Source of the DNA: the human T2T-CHM13v2.0 reference genome, Homo sapiens
DNA length: 64,000 bases
Assembly (NCBI RefSeq): GCF_009914755.1
Contig: NC_060932.1
Reading direction: 5' to 3' (one strand)
How positions within the stretch are numbered: position 1 is the stretch's first letter; every line of letters begins with the position of its first letter. Positions 14,791-28,580 of this stretch are shown piece after piece. The notes beneath the pieces are model-generated. The model made no database searches. It was not told where the DNA came from and was given only the letters and a program-made list of their open reading frames with translations. The translations under genes and the position numbers were made by a program.

Positions 14791-16527
14791 TGTCTCTACA
14801 TAGGCCAAAGACATTCTTGCAGCAAAGCATGAGGCTCTTTAAATGGTAGTTCAGTACTTTTCAAAGTCCCCTAACTATATCCAGTTGAAACAAATCCTTT
14901 GTCTACAAACAGACTAGTTGCTGTTACACTAAAGAAAAGCAAGCCATGGGAGGAGGAGAACATGAAAAAATAGCTAAATAAACAACGCCCAGATTGCTGC
15001 ATGGGTCCAAGCCTGCCCAAGAAAGCCAAACCAAGCAAAGCTTCTGGCAGAGTTGCGGCAGCCAAATCTGAATGGTCCCATCTGTGCTTCTACCCTAGCT
15101 TCTCCTCGCAGAGCTAACAGATGTTTGCAAAGCTGGAATGTCCACCATCTCATGGATAACAGCTGAAAATTCACACCAGTGGAAAGCACTTCTGCAGAAC
15201 ACCAACGTCAGCAAAGACCTCAAGTCTAACAGAATGGTCTTCTTCATGTAAAGCAAAGGGAACAGAGGGAGGCCACCATTGATTGGGAACCACTCTGTGC
15301 CTGGTCCTGTGCTAGCAGCTTCCACGTGTACTTTATTTAACACCCGCAACAGGCCCAGGAGGAGCTGAAGCTCCACGCAGTCGTGAGCAGACTCCTGGAA
15401 TCTCACATATGCCTGATGTGAGATGCATAGCAGCTTCCAGACAAACTCTTTAGAATTTCTCAACATTGATGCTGTGGGCCACAATGGTTGGAGAGAACTT
15501 CCCAGAGATTTTCGCCTTTGCAGCAGCTTCTGAACTGTCTCTAGAACTTCCTTGGGTCTATTGGCTGAGACCTTTGGCCAAGGTGTCCCTGATTTTCTCT
15601 CTGCTTGCCCTACCAATAGTAAGCCTCAATCCTGTTTCTAAAAAATGGTTTCATACTTGGAATATACGAAGTAGCTTCTATTTTCTTGACAGAACCCAGA
15701 GTGATACTTAGGATTGATATAGTGACTGCTGAAGGTCACCTTCAGTTCCAAGAGTGGAAACATGGCTGGAATTTGAAGAATTATGTAACATTTTTGAAGT
15801 GCTTCAAAGTATTGTATAACATGCATATGACGTGTAAGTCCAACTAAAGCTATATTCTAGAAAGCACATGAACGTCACTTTATCAGTCAGCAGCCTGGAG
15901 TTAACGTCATGTTCTGAGGTGACTAAAAGGATCTTCAGGTATTTTTTTTTTTTTTGTATTGTGACTTGTGTGTGTGGTTTTGGAATGGCAGGGCAGGGAC
16001 AGGGGCTTACACATCCAAGCCTCTCCAGAGAGGACCAGGGACCTTGACGGACAGAGAGGGCCAAGTTATTCTGTGCAGGTGAGTTGGCTGCATTATACAA
16101 ACTTCCTCTGCCTGTCTCATGAAAACCCACACACCTTGGCAGCGGCTCCAATGGCTCTTTCAGGGTCAAGAGGTCCACACAGATCCCCAGCAGGTGCCAA
16201 AAGATCAGTAAATGCGCTCGTGTATTTAAAAATTAGTAACTTCCTAGAAGCTGGTAGGGGTTCCAGAAGCAGCTATGTTACCTCATGCTACCTCACGGTT
16301 ACACAGTATACATGTTGCCTTACCTTTTGGGGGCTTTATTTATTTATTTGTAAGATGAGGGGACTGAATGAGAGTAGAGATTTTGGATCTTCAAGGTGTG
16401 TGGGGTTAATACAAAGTAACAGGTGAATTCAATGTATACCAAGCACGGATGAAACACCTCCCACCTCCATGTGCTGTTTATAGATGCTGTGGTGATACGT
16501 GTATACAAAATTAACAAAACAGTTCTG

Positions 16528-17250
16528 TAAATGGAATAACCCAGAATGTATTCTTTTGTGCCTGGCTTTTTTTCCCCCTCTGCATAATGTTTTTTTTGAT
16601 TCACTCACTGTTTCTTGTATCAGTAGTTTGCTCCCTTTTATGTGGTGAAGTATCCCATTGTATGGTTATAATGCAATTTGTTTATCCAGGTACCTGTTGA
16701 TGGGCATTTGGGTTGTTTCCAGTTTGGGGTGATAATGAATAAAGCTGCTATAAACATTTGTCTGCAAGTTTTTTTGTGGACATGTGTTTTCTTATCTCTT
16801 AGGTAAATACATACCTAAGAGTGGAATTGCTGGGTCATATGGTAAGTGTATATTTAACTTTCTAAGAAACTGCCAAACTGTTTTACAAAGTGGTTGTACC
16901 ATTTTACATTTCTACCGGCAATAAATGAGAGTTCCTGTTGCCAACATTTGGTATTTTGTATACTAAAAATATACACTGTATAATTCCATTTACTTGAAAT
17001 TCTACAACAGGCAGCATTAATCTATAGTGATGAAAGTTATACCAGTGGTTGGTTGCCTGTCTGGGGCTTGGTGGTGCCTTTGACTGAAGCGGCGTATGAG
17101 GAGTGCTGGCCTTGGTTAGAGTGGTGGTTACTCAGGTAGAGACAGTCAAAACTCACTAAATGGTATACTTAAAATGGGTTCATTTTATTCTGTGAAAATT
17201 ATACCTAATAAAGTTGATTTTAAATGATTTCTATAACAGCAACACCAAAC
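16528..17250. mobile_element. Ancient L1M(D/E) with an inverted 5' segment (16528-16955 minus; 16965-17250 plus)
   Basis: Antisense L1M 3' region followed directly by the sense terminal segment ending aataaagttgatttt and a decayed A-rich tail. Confidence 0.8.
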
Positions 17251-19820
17251 AACAAAACGATTTCTGAATTAACAGAAATCCCTAGTCATTCTGTGCTTCC
17301 TCAATCAATGAATTCTAAAAGTGCATCTCATCTTTGGGGACGTCTGGACATTTCTAGACATACTGAGTAGTCCTTTAACTTGGAAAGATTGAGACTGGGC
17401 TAGAAGATTTCCAAAGTCCTTCGAACTCCAATGTCCCAGAGCCTATATACTGCATGGCAGGTTATTCTAAGATCTTGTCACTAAGTTACCTAGATATCAC
17501 TCCTCTTTATCCTGAATTTTCTCTATGAGGCCAATCAGCTCCCTGCCCTGGCTGACAATGCTGTATGTACCATCACCATGAAATCCATGCAGTTGATCCA
17601 AGCTGCTGTTCTTAGCATCGCCCTCCCCAGCAGTTTTAACAGATGGATCTATTTCTGGAACAGCCGTTCTTTTTGCAAGAGGCACTCTCTGCTCAAAATT
17701 AGTGGGTTAGGAATTAAGTCAGCAGAGAGACTGGCAACATGCTTATTCGTGAGGGTTTTACGGGTTTGTTTTCTTCTTGGAGCAGCCATTCACAATTTAA
17801 AGTGATTCATAGCTTTTTGGCTCTGGAAGATTAAAAATACAGAGTGGAGCAAATGATTAATTGTTTGCTACTGTACAACTATTACTGAAGCACCTTATGT
17901 TAACTCAGTGCTTTCTTCTCTAACTTGAGGTTCTTCCTAGTACACAGGTACAACTGTTCATGGTTAAGACACATACCTGTGAAATAAATGGAAATGATGA
18001 AGGCTGAAATTTAGAAATTGCCTCTGAGATGCTGCCAATGTTCTGAAATGCAGAGTCCTGAGTCAGATTTCCTTTTATGCCCCCAATTTCTGCTACTGTC
18101 CTTGCTGCACTCACCCAGTGCATTGCAGGGGGGCTAATGCACACCCAATTGAGCACAGGGTGGCTGAGGGATCTGGAGTTATCCTGAGCCACTGTGGCAT
18201 TGGCACGGTCAGTGTGGTCAGGGTGGAGGGTGGAGGCAAGCACCCCCTTCTCTCCACACCTATGCTTCTCAAATTCCCCATTCAGGCAGTTGCCAAACGG
18301 CGGTGGGGGAGGGGGGAGGAGGAAAGGCAAAGTATTAGCAGCTAACATTTATTGCTCTTTACAGGGCCTCTCGTATATTCCTGACAACAGCCACATCAAT
18401 ATGGTGCCACCATTTTCCTTATTTTACAGATGAGGAAACTGATGCTGAAGAGGCCAAGTGACTTGCTTAAGTCATGTAAGTCCTAAAGCTGGCATGACAA
18501 TTTTGGAATGCACAGAATCCAGAATCTGACAGAATCAGGGATCTGGCATGGAAAGGGCACACAAATCATTTCTGATCAGCGCTTCTTGACTTTCTTGGGG
18601 TCTTGTGGAATTGATGGTTAACTCTTTGGCCTTCCATAGAATTCATTTTCTCCCACGAACTCCCCGAATGGCTGTATTTAGGGTCACTGCATCACCTTGT
18701 GGTCATGACGGAAATTGCACCTCCCCAAAGTCAAGAGTCCTGGCTCACACAACCTGGTTTTTCTCTGAGCTTGGAAGTTCTGCCAGTCTGTCTTGAAATC
18801 CCAGAGGAAAAATTCTGCTAGACCTGGGCTTGACAAAGTTGGCTGGCTGACCTCCAGAGCTAGGATAGAGAAGCCTTTCATTTCCCTTCTCACACTCTCA
18901 CCTACCTTGGCTGCAGGTTCCTTATGGGTGACGGATACTTCATGTGGGAAGTAAGCTCTCCGGCAGACAGCCTGGAGTTCCTATCTCTGCTCTCCATTTC
19001 TTTCTGAACTTTCTGCACCCTTGCTCCCACCCTGCCACATAGCTGTAGCTATGTCTGATTATTTTCTCTCCACGTTTTTCTCCTCTGTGGGCTGAAGGAA
19101 ATATGGATTCACTGAATTAACTTGGCCTCAAACGTTTCCTCTGCTATTTAAGTTAAACTGATCTCTGCCACATTATAAGCTACACAACCTTGGACAGTTA
19201 ACATAACCTCAATGAGCCTCTTGGCACAATGGGGATAAGAATACACCAAAGATTTGGGGGATGATGAAATGAAATGCTACATTTAAAAGCATTTGGTAAA
19301 CTGTAACTAAATAAGCAAATATAGTGATTATCAGCAAATATTTCCTCCTCACTACTGATAGTAAGAGAGAATGCCTTGTCTATGCAGTGTATCACACACT
19401 GTCATCTTCTTTACATAAGTGGAACATGGATCTCCACAAGAGGTGGGAGTGAGCCATCTCTGTGTGGGGGGAGGTGGGAGAAGAGATAAGGAAGCTTCCA
19501 TAATAATGACAAAGGTCAGGATCATTGCTTCATAGTCAGATATAGGCAATGCTCCCTCCCCTTTTGTTTAGAGTCCTCAAATGTCTATTAAAATGTTGCC
19601 ACATTCCAGCACTTAAGACCACATTTAATCTTCATAACTATCCTGAGAGGGGCATGTTAATACCTGTTTGCCTGTTTTACAGATGAAGAAGTTGATGATC
19701 AGAGAGGTGAAATGATATTCTTAGGTTCTCAGGGTAGCAGAGTTAAGAATGTGAATCTTTTGATTTCCAATCAGGACATCTTAATTTACCACAAATTGTA
19801 TTATCTCTTTATAACAAAGA

Positions 19821-20037
19821 ACAGAAGCTTCCAAACTTTTTTGCTCATGAGCCACAATAAGAAATACATTTTGCACAGCACATACACATATGTATACACT
19901 GAAACAAAATTGTCAAGAAACAATACTTATCCTTATTATGTACAGTGTATTCTATTCTGTTTTATTGATTAAAGAGTGACTCATTAAATTGATTCACAAC
20001 CCTCTGGTGGATTGAGACGTGCAGTTGGAAAAAACTG
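19821..20037. mobile_element. Old hAT-Charlie MITE
   Basis: Ends cagaagcttccaaact... / ...agttggaaaaaactg followed by atctagaa, the Charlie target motif. Confidence 0.55.
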
Positions 20038-20950
20038 ATCTAGAAGGTTCTCAAACAATACCCACAGAACAAGTGACTATCACAATGGGTTTTAAATGGG
20101 TACTATGAAACTGAGGGAAAGGAGAGGAAAATAAGATGAACTCAGAAAGTTCTACCAACTAGACAGAACATATTGTCTGGTTTAAGCAAATTAACTCTTA
20201 GAAATCTTTTGAAACATGATTTTTTAAATCTCTAAAATAACTGTATTACAGTTACTGTGTTCTGTCACATCACGAACACAGCATTTACCACTTGTAATTA
20301 TTGCCTTTTTACACATCAATTTCCAGCCACCCAACTTTTGACACCTTGAAGGAAAAAACTATGCATTATTCTCAGGGCAATAAGCATTTTGCCTGATACG
20401 TGCTCAATAAATATTGGTTCACCTAATAAATTTAAAAAAGAATAGCATCAGCCTCACCTTCTTGTTATTTTCACTGTTCAAAGTAACTTTAAATTCAAAA
20501 GGCCAAGGTAACAACTTGGTCTGTGTAAAATCCATGCATTAAACATTAGTGGCTACAATCAGCATCCTATTCGTCTCGGCTTGGGGACATCTAAAGTCTG
20601 AATAGAGGGAGAAGTCATAAAGAAAGAAGGATAAACACTATTCTTATTTGTTCATTCCTTCCCACTATCCAGCTTCTTCTGGAGTGGGCCTGTGCTCATC
20701 CAATAAAAATAAATATATATAATAAAAAAATAAAAAAATAAAAAATGTAAAAAAGGAAGCTTTTTTCCTTTTCCTTTGGTGACTTTACCTTAATTTAGTT
20801 AAAGCCTGTAGACCTTCCATATGAGGCTAACAAGTGCAGTCTAATTGTGATGGAAGAGTGTGAATTTTGGCTCAGTGGCTACATCAGAAATGGAAGGGTA
20901 TGACAGGCTTTCATTAATGTGCCTTAAATAACATTGGGGTTCCCTGTACT

Positions 20951-21002
20951 GTGAGTCCTTGTCACAACCCTGGGCCGTGAGTCCTTGTCACAACCCTGGG
21001 CC
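20951..21002. repeat. Perfect 26-bp tandem duplication (gtgagtccttgtcacaaccctgggcc)x2
   Basis: Identical copies at 20951-20976 and 20977-21002. Confidence 0.97.
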
Positions 21003-21940
21003 ATGCCTATTGAGTGTTCGAACTACACACTCAGAAAACCCCAGGGAGACAGTCTGTGAAGCTCAAAGTAACAGGAAAAGACTTCAGGTCCCTACCACTG
21101 TCCTGCCTGCAGGTACCCACTGATACAAGTGCCAGCCTCTCTCCCCTACTGGTCAAGTGAAGACCCAGTGTCCCTGGGGACCCACAGGGTGCCAGAACAA
21201 CTTCAGCCCCTTTGCATGACAGACTGGTGTGAAACAGCAACTCTTCAGGCCACTGCCTCTGGGAAGGTCAGGGGACTACAGTAATATCCTCTTTTCTGGA
21301 CAAAAATGTCAGCCTTTTTCACATGTACACACTCAGAGAGAGTGCCCATATCACCTCCACTGTTACACATGTGGAATGATGCTGAGAGATGCAGGGAGGG
21401 AAGGCATTGTTGGATCAATGCCATCTCTTTGTTTTCCTCTTTGAAATGAATTGGGGGAGGAAAAAAGTTTGCACTGCAGTCCTCAGGGCTTTGTATTGGA
21501 TTTTTGTTTGTGAACAGCCATTCATAATGAAGCTACCAATACAACATTTAAAAACCAATACATATAACAACAGTTTTACATTTATGTGGTGATTTTAAAA
21601 ATAATGCCAAATGTCTTCAGATTTAGTGGTAGTATAGTGGTAGTTTTCCTTTATTCTGTGAAATGGAAATGTTTTCGAAAAATTATGAGTGAACATAACT
21701 GAAATGTACCTAAAGAGAATGAAAAGAATATGAACTTGAGGCTCAGGCAGATCTGGGTTTGAATGGTGGCTCTGTCCCTTTCTAACCTGCCTGACAGGGG
21801 CCAGTTAAATGTACAATCAATCTCTCTGATCCTCAGTTTCCTCATAACAAGATGGAAATGCAAAACTTACCATATAGGACTGCTGGGAGGATTAAACAAA
21901 TGTGTAATCAATTAATTTGCTAAATCAATTAATTAGATGT

Positions 21941-22269
21941 CTTTTTTTTCTTCTACTCCTTTTTGTTTTGTTTAAAGCAGCAGGGTCTCACTCTGTTGCC
22001 CAGACTGGAGTGCAGTGGCCAGATCATAGCTCACTGCAGTCTTGAACTCTTGGACTAAAGCGATCCTCCCACCTCAGCCTCCTGAGTAGATGAGACTACA
22101 GGTGCATGCCACTACACTGAGCTAATTTTTTTTTTATTTAATTTTTTTTTGTAGAGACAGGGTCTTGCTATGTTGCACAGGCTGGTCTCCAACTCCTGGT
22201 CTCAAGCAATCTTCCTGCCTCTGTCTCCCAAAGCAGTGGGACTACAGGTGTGAGCCACTGTGCCTGGCC
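21941..22269 (-). mobile_element. AluJ
   Basis: Full dimeric Alu in reverse complement with J-type diagnostics (gatcatagctcactgcag, gatcctcccacctcagcc). Confidence 0.93.
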
Positions 22270-22802
22270 CTTTTTCACTTTTTATTTAGTTAATATATAA
22301 TCTCTAGGATGTAAGAATGGAAGTTTGTTTATATCTCAGCTTTTATGTATATTTCACAGATGACTGCATAAAAATGAGATACAAAATATTCTTCCCAATA
22401 ACCCTTCAGGGCTGATTGAGAAAAGAGAAAAATATATTAATTATATTTTACATATGAAAAAAATAAGTCCCACGAAGAGAGCGAGTTCATACCGAAGCAA
22501 GCCTGAGGTCCAATTTTCTAACTTACAAATACTGGTAAGTCCCAGGTCAGCAATTTATAACCAGAGGATGGATGGGATACGTGTGTATATACCTTCAGGA
22601 AACTTACCAGTATTTGTCATTTTTAAATTATCACCATAACAATTTCTATTCAAACTTCAAGAACATTAAAGAGGAACGTAAGCTGCTTCTTTCCACAGAA
22701 AGGGGGTGTAGGTCCAAGGTTAAGCTCACACCGGCCCTTCAGAGGGGACAGAAAGCACCTTCAGGAAACTGAATGCAGAAGACCGCGTGGCTGACCACCA
22801 AC

Positions 22803-23035
22803 CTTTCTTTTCCTGGGAATGGGCTCGTCGAAGAGCAGGTTGCTGGCCTCCGCCTCGTCGATGCCGTCGTCTGGCTGCGCGGGGCTGCGGAAGGGCTTGA
22901 AGCTGTCAGCCGAGAGCGGCGGCGACGGCGTGGACGGGTTGGACTGGTCGCTGGGGGCGCTCCAGCTCCAGTAGCCGCTGCTGCTGGTGCTGGAAGGCAC
23001 GCAGCCGCCCTCCTTCCAGGATCCGCTGAGGCTCT
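22803..23035 (-). CDS. ZNF704: ZNF704 internal coding exon, 233 nt: (E)[77 protein letters not shown]
   Basis: Acceptor tttgtgtgcatgcag|AG and donor AAG|gttggt. Phase 1 in, phase 0 out. Family motifs [22 protein letters not shown] and the basic PRKRK NLS-like motif. CpG-rich. Confidence 0.96.
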
Positions 23036-23500
23036 CTGCATGCACACAAACACAGTCAGTGCCAGGACCCCTGCGTGCCCGGGCATGGTTCAGTGGGGAA
23101 ATGGGAGCCTTGGTTCTACACCAGTGAAACCACCCCAGCCCTCTCAATCATCTGCAACAGCTGGGTATGTAAGTTTTTGTTCTATTTATACGCCCCCTCC
23201 CAAAAGCCACATTGTAGTTTATAAACATTTAATTATTTTAACCTCATGATAATAGGTTTTTCTAAGAGTTTTCTGATGTGTTTTTGTATTGTGCAACACA
23301 AATTCCTTGGGATCATAGTGGGGATTATATGAAAAAAAAGATTTTCTTGTTCACTAAGTTTGGGGAGCTCTGGGTTTATCGACTACAGTATTTCTAAGAA
23401 AGAAATATCATTTGCAGTATTCTCCTGAATGGTTTGGTCACAGAGTTCCCTCTCACCCCAACCCCTCCGATTTCAACATTTTTTTAAAAAGGGATTTCTT

Positions 23501-23792
23501 AGCTGAGGGCAGTGGCTCACTTCTCTTATCCTAGCATTTTGAGAGGCTGAGGTAGGAGGATCGCTTGAGGCCAGGAATTCGAGGCCAGCCTGGGTTACAT
23601 AGTGAGACCCTGTCTGTACAGAAAAAATGAAATGATTAGCCCGGCGTGGTGGCATGCACCTATAGTCCCAGCTACTCTGGAGGCTGAGGAGGGAGGATTA
23701 CTTGAGCCCAGGGGTTTGAGGCTGCAGTGAGCTATGACTGGGTCACTGCACTCTAGCCTGGGTGAAAGAGCGAGATCCTGTTTCAGAAAAAA
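23501..23792 (+). mobile_element. AluJ
   Basis: Dimeric Alu with ggatcgcttgaggccagga and gaggctgcagtgagctatga. Confidence 0.92.
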
Positions 23793-24300
23793 AGTTGGGG
23801 GGTGGGGGGTTCTTATAGGACTGTTATTCTTAGAATACATTTATAGGAAGTTAGTCTAACACTTAAGAATCTAAGAGAAATAATTTCTGGATAGTTATCT
23901 AAAGCCCCTTTCCATTCTGCTTATTACAACAAATAGTAATGCCTTACATTTTGTGAGTGTTTTACATTTTACAAAGCTTATTCGCACAGTCTCAAGCATT
24001 CTCACAACATCTGTCCTTCAGAATAAGGATTATTATCCCAGTTTTATAGATGAGGACCCTGAGGCAGCAGGAAGCAAAGTGACTTGCTACATGACTGGTA
24101 AGTATCCCTCATGGGCCCAGGCCACCAGGAAGAGGTTGGACCTATTTCTTCAGTGCATGCAGTCCCTGGGCTGTAAACAACCTCCATTCTCTCTGGCAAA
24201 GCTGGGATAGGATAAGAATTTATTGGCAATAATTACTCTAAGATTGCTATTGGCTATTACCTTCCCATTTGTGGTGGAAAGCATTATGAAATGTTTGCTA

Positions 24301-24594
<294 letters not shown>

Positions 24595-26009
24595 TTACCT
24601 TTCAAGATGCACGACCTTAATTAGCATTTATATAAATTTTACTTTTTTTTGGATAATTTCTCCTCCATATTTATGTGCATTTTGAATATATTAAAACTAT
24701 GTTCTAACTACGAGGAAAAAACATCCCCAAATGCCTCATTAAAAAAATACTGTTAATGTCTGTGTAATTAGTAATGGAGTGAAGACAAATGGTAGATTAT
24801 CATTCATGGGGAGATTTCATAACTACCTTTACCTATTTATGGATTTCTACCATATTCCTCAACTATGTCAAGCAAAAAGTTAAGTTAGAGGAGTGAAGCT
24901 TTAAGTTGAAATAGGAGAAACTACCCATCTCATTACAGCTAGGTTCTTTTAGAATGAAATGGTCATTTATGCAGTCTCATGCTTTGCCAGCATCAACAAA
25001 ACCAAACTAGCATCTCACTCCCTGCAGTCTACACAGAGACTGATACGCTCACCAGACTAGATTTGCCTATTGTAAATAAGAAAGCTCCATTTAGTACAAC
25101 AGGAGTTCAAGAAGAGCATAATATAAGGCTTGATGATTTTACTTAGTGTGAAAAACTCCCTTGGCAGGCCCGGGTGGCTTACAAATATACTGTAGTATGC
25201 ATTTGTAAAATAAAATAAAGCTAATGGTGCTAGATGTATAATCATGTTAAGTATGAGGCACTGAATTTATTTTGAAAACCAACTATTATTACAGTGTGGT
25301 TACATGGCTTCATGTCAATGCCAAAAGTGAATTTGCTTACTGATTTGTGAATGACATTTCCTTTAGAAAGACTATTTAGTCAGAAGGACTATAAGTGATA
25401 TAGAAATGATTTTTCTCAGAAAAAAAGTCAGGTCTGATTTATAATATTCTTAGGGGACAGAGCCTCCTTATATTAAACCTCTGTTTGTCAAGAATGGAGA
25501 CAGGCACTGCTGGACTCTCACCCTCTTTGCAGACTCACTTCCTGATAGAATGATCCTTTTTAGGCACAGAAAATGATCACAACAGTTTCCAAAAACTCAT
25601 TGATGTGCAATAATTCTAGAGAAAATCTTTTTTTCCTAAAAAAAAAAAAAGCCTTCATTATAATAAATTGCTTCCCCTATTTAAGAATTTGCTTTTTCTT
25701 ACAGACTAAATGAGAGACAGCAGACAATTTGGGGTTATTAGTTGAGTAGTTAGTTTTTAAACCATAAATGAGCACTGAATTACTTTATTACTGTGCTAAC
25801 GAAAGTTTGCATTGAAGAGCCAAAAGGTTTATTTTAATTCTGACCTTTAAGTACAAAGGAACACTAAAAATGTTCTCAATTAAAAAATGAAGCCAATGGT
25901 AAAAATAATGATTACTTTAAAATACACTTTTCTTTTTCCTCGAAGGATTCCATGAAATTCTACAATTCCTTTTCCCTAGAATATGTCTTGGGGGTTTTCC
26001 AGGGTTTTA

Positions 26010-26135
26010 AAATTTTTTATTTTTTAGAGTTGGAGTCTTGCTCTGTCACTCAGGCTGAAGTGCAGTGGCACCATAAGCTCAATGCAACCCCAAAATCCTA
26101 GGCCGGGACTACAGGCGTGTTACCATACCTGACTA
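26010..26135 (-). mobile_element. Degenerate Alu monomer fragment
   Basis: ttttagagttggagtcttgctctgtcactcaggctgaagtgcagtggc...gggactacaggcgtg. Confidence 0.75.
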
Positions 26136-26303
26136 TAGTTTTGCCTTTACTATAATCCTTCTTTAGCACTGCCAAAGTGAGAAAGGTAAATCAGAGTACC
26201 CATTTGCCAGAGACCCCCCAGAAGAGCAGTCAGGTCACTGAATGGGAGTAGTCAGGCCCATTTCAAGAGCAACTTTTCTACTGCTATATAAAGAGGAGGT
26301 GTC

Positions 26304-26614
<311 letters not shown>

Positions 26615-26879
26615 TTATCCCAGCTTGATGAATCATGATGTTGTTGGGCAATACTGATTCATGACATTAATTTGAATTCCTAGCATCTTAATCATTCTTT
26701 CCCTCTTATAATGAGGTTGGAGTAAGTTTTGGTAAGGCCTCAATGTATGTTCAACAAATTTATTTTAACACCTCATGCTTAAAACCAAATTGTGTGTGAA
26801 CCATATCTTAATCTCATCATTGACCATGCTGGTTTTTGAGAGAAGGTTTTCATTGATCCTAAGTCTCATTCAGTGGTCT

Positions 26880-27760
26880 CAGTGCATTACATTTCAGTGA
26901 ACTGCAATCTGCAACTGGCTTTCTCCCTTGGGGAGTGCTCTTGACAAAGCCACCAGTGACCACCTTCTTGATGGAAAACTCAGTCTTTTTAATGCGTGAC
27001 CTTCTGAAGCATCAGACACTTCTCCTTAAAACATGCTTTTCCCTTGGTTTCCATGAAACCACACTCTCCTGGTCTTCCTCTACCTCTCTGGTCACCTCAG
27101 GGTCTTCCTCGGCTCTTTTCCCACTGCCAATCCCTTGCATGATGGTGAGCTTCACTGCTTCCTTCCTCGGCCATCTTCTCTTCTCACTCTGCTTTTACAT
27201 AACTCTCTCATGATGATCTCATCTACTCTCATGGCTTCCAAATGTTGCCTTCTAATTCTGTACCTTCAGCCCAGATCTCTCTCCCAAGATGTGCCCAAAT
27301 CTCTACCAGATGTTGCCCCTTGAATGATCCTCAGGCACTGCCTATTAAACATGTTTCCTATTGTCTTCTTCAGCAACTTCAGCTCTTGAACCAAACATTT
27401 GCCAATACATCTCTTCCTGTGCGTCTGTCACCTGCCCCAGTGAATGTCCTCCCCTTGCTGAAGCACACCAACTGCCTGGAAGTCATCCTTGACACACCCT
27501 CCTGCTCACTCTCTCTGTCCAGCACCAAACTCTTGATTCTGCATTCTTCACATTTCTCGATTATGTCGTATCTACCTGCACTGTGACCACCAAGATCTTT
27601 TTTTTTCCTTTGGCTGATAAACCTAATCATAACTTTGCAGTGCTAGAATCACTTTAATAGTGCTCCCATAGCCTCAGCATAAAGTCCAAACTCCTAGCCA
27701 GGCATAAATGACCCCTCCTGATAGGTCTCCCAGTCTCTCCAACTTCACCTCCTACTGCCT
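26880..27760 (+). mobile_element. L2 fragment
   Basis: cccttggtttccatgaaaccacactctcctggtcttcctctacctctctgg and ctggaagtcatccttgac are L2 RT-region remnants. Confidence 0.75.
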
Positions 27761-28580
27761 GACCTCCTTATTTATTGTATTGGATTATATGAGACAAAAT
27801 CATATCATGATTAAGAGAATAAATCTGGAATCAAAAAGATATGGAGAATTTCAGTTCTGCCAGTTAATCTCTGTGAGCCTTAGTTTACTCATCTGTAAAA
27901 TAGTGATAATAATACCTCATAGAATTGTTGTGGGAATTACAGGCGATAAGGCAAGCATAGTATTTGTTTACTGACACATAGTAATGCTTAATAAATGCTA
28001 GCCACTAATATGGCTATGATTGATGGTCTTTCTTCCCCAAAGAGATAGTATACTACCTGGGAGTGTGGATACTTTTTCAATGAGGTATTCAATTCATCTA
28101 GCATGGTACCTGATAAATGTGTGTGGAATAAATGAATGACCTAAATAATTCTATTTGATTAAGGAGTCTGAGAAAATGTTTTTAAAAATTATTTAATCTG
28201 AGAGTTCTTTGATCCAACTGCCTCCCCAGTCAAACAGAAATAATGCTAGGGAAAATAATTCATTAGCTCAATCTTCATTTACCTGGGAAAAAAGGGACAC
28301 AAGTACTGCAAAGACGTCCTGGCAAGGCAGAAAACAAAGGAGCTCAATAAAAGTGAGTTGAATGGAGGGATGGGTGAATGAGAAGCAGTGGGCTCCCTGG
28401 GAAGATGAAGAGGGGGCTGACAGCTCTGGGGGCCTCGACTTCTTCCACGTTTCTCTTTGCTTCCTGCTAATGGGTGAGGGTCAGTGGTTCATAGCGCTTG
28501 ACAGGAATGAGACATCTCAAAGAAAGGCCCTGCTCTTGGTGTCAAGGGGCCCTTCCCTAAGTCCCATATCCTGGGCTTAC

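Noticed and set aside
20165-20180. agaacatattgtctg as a glucocorticoid response element (the mouse orthologue is known as glucocorticoid-induced gene 1)
   Set aside because: The second half-site TGTCTG lacks the critical C of TGTYCT. A single half-site is expected by chance.
20951-21002. Direct repeat as a CRISPR-like array
   Set aside because: Only two adjacent copies, no spacer, no cas genes, and a mammalian intron context.
23032-23040. Tandem acceptors cagAGAG as a NAGNAG site
   Set aside because: The AGs are 2 nt apart, so alternative use would frameshift. Only the first AG keeps the frame.
22739-23249. Overlapping ORFs of 115 aa (minus) and 158 aa (plus) as dual-coding or antisense proteins
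   Set aside because: Expected by-products of a GC-rich, stop-poor exon. Only the frame ending in EPIPRKRK fits the splice phases and family motifs.
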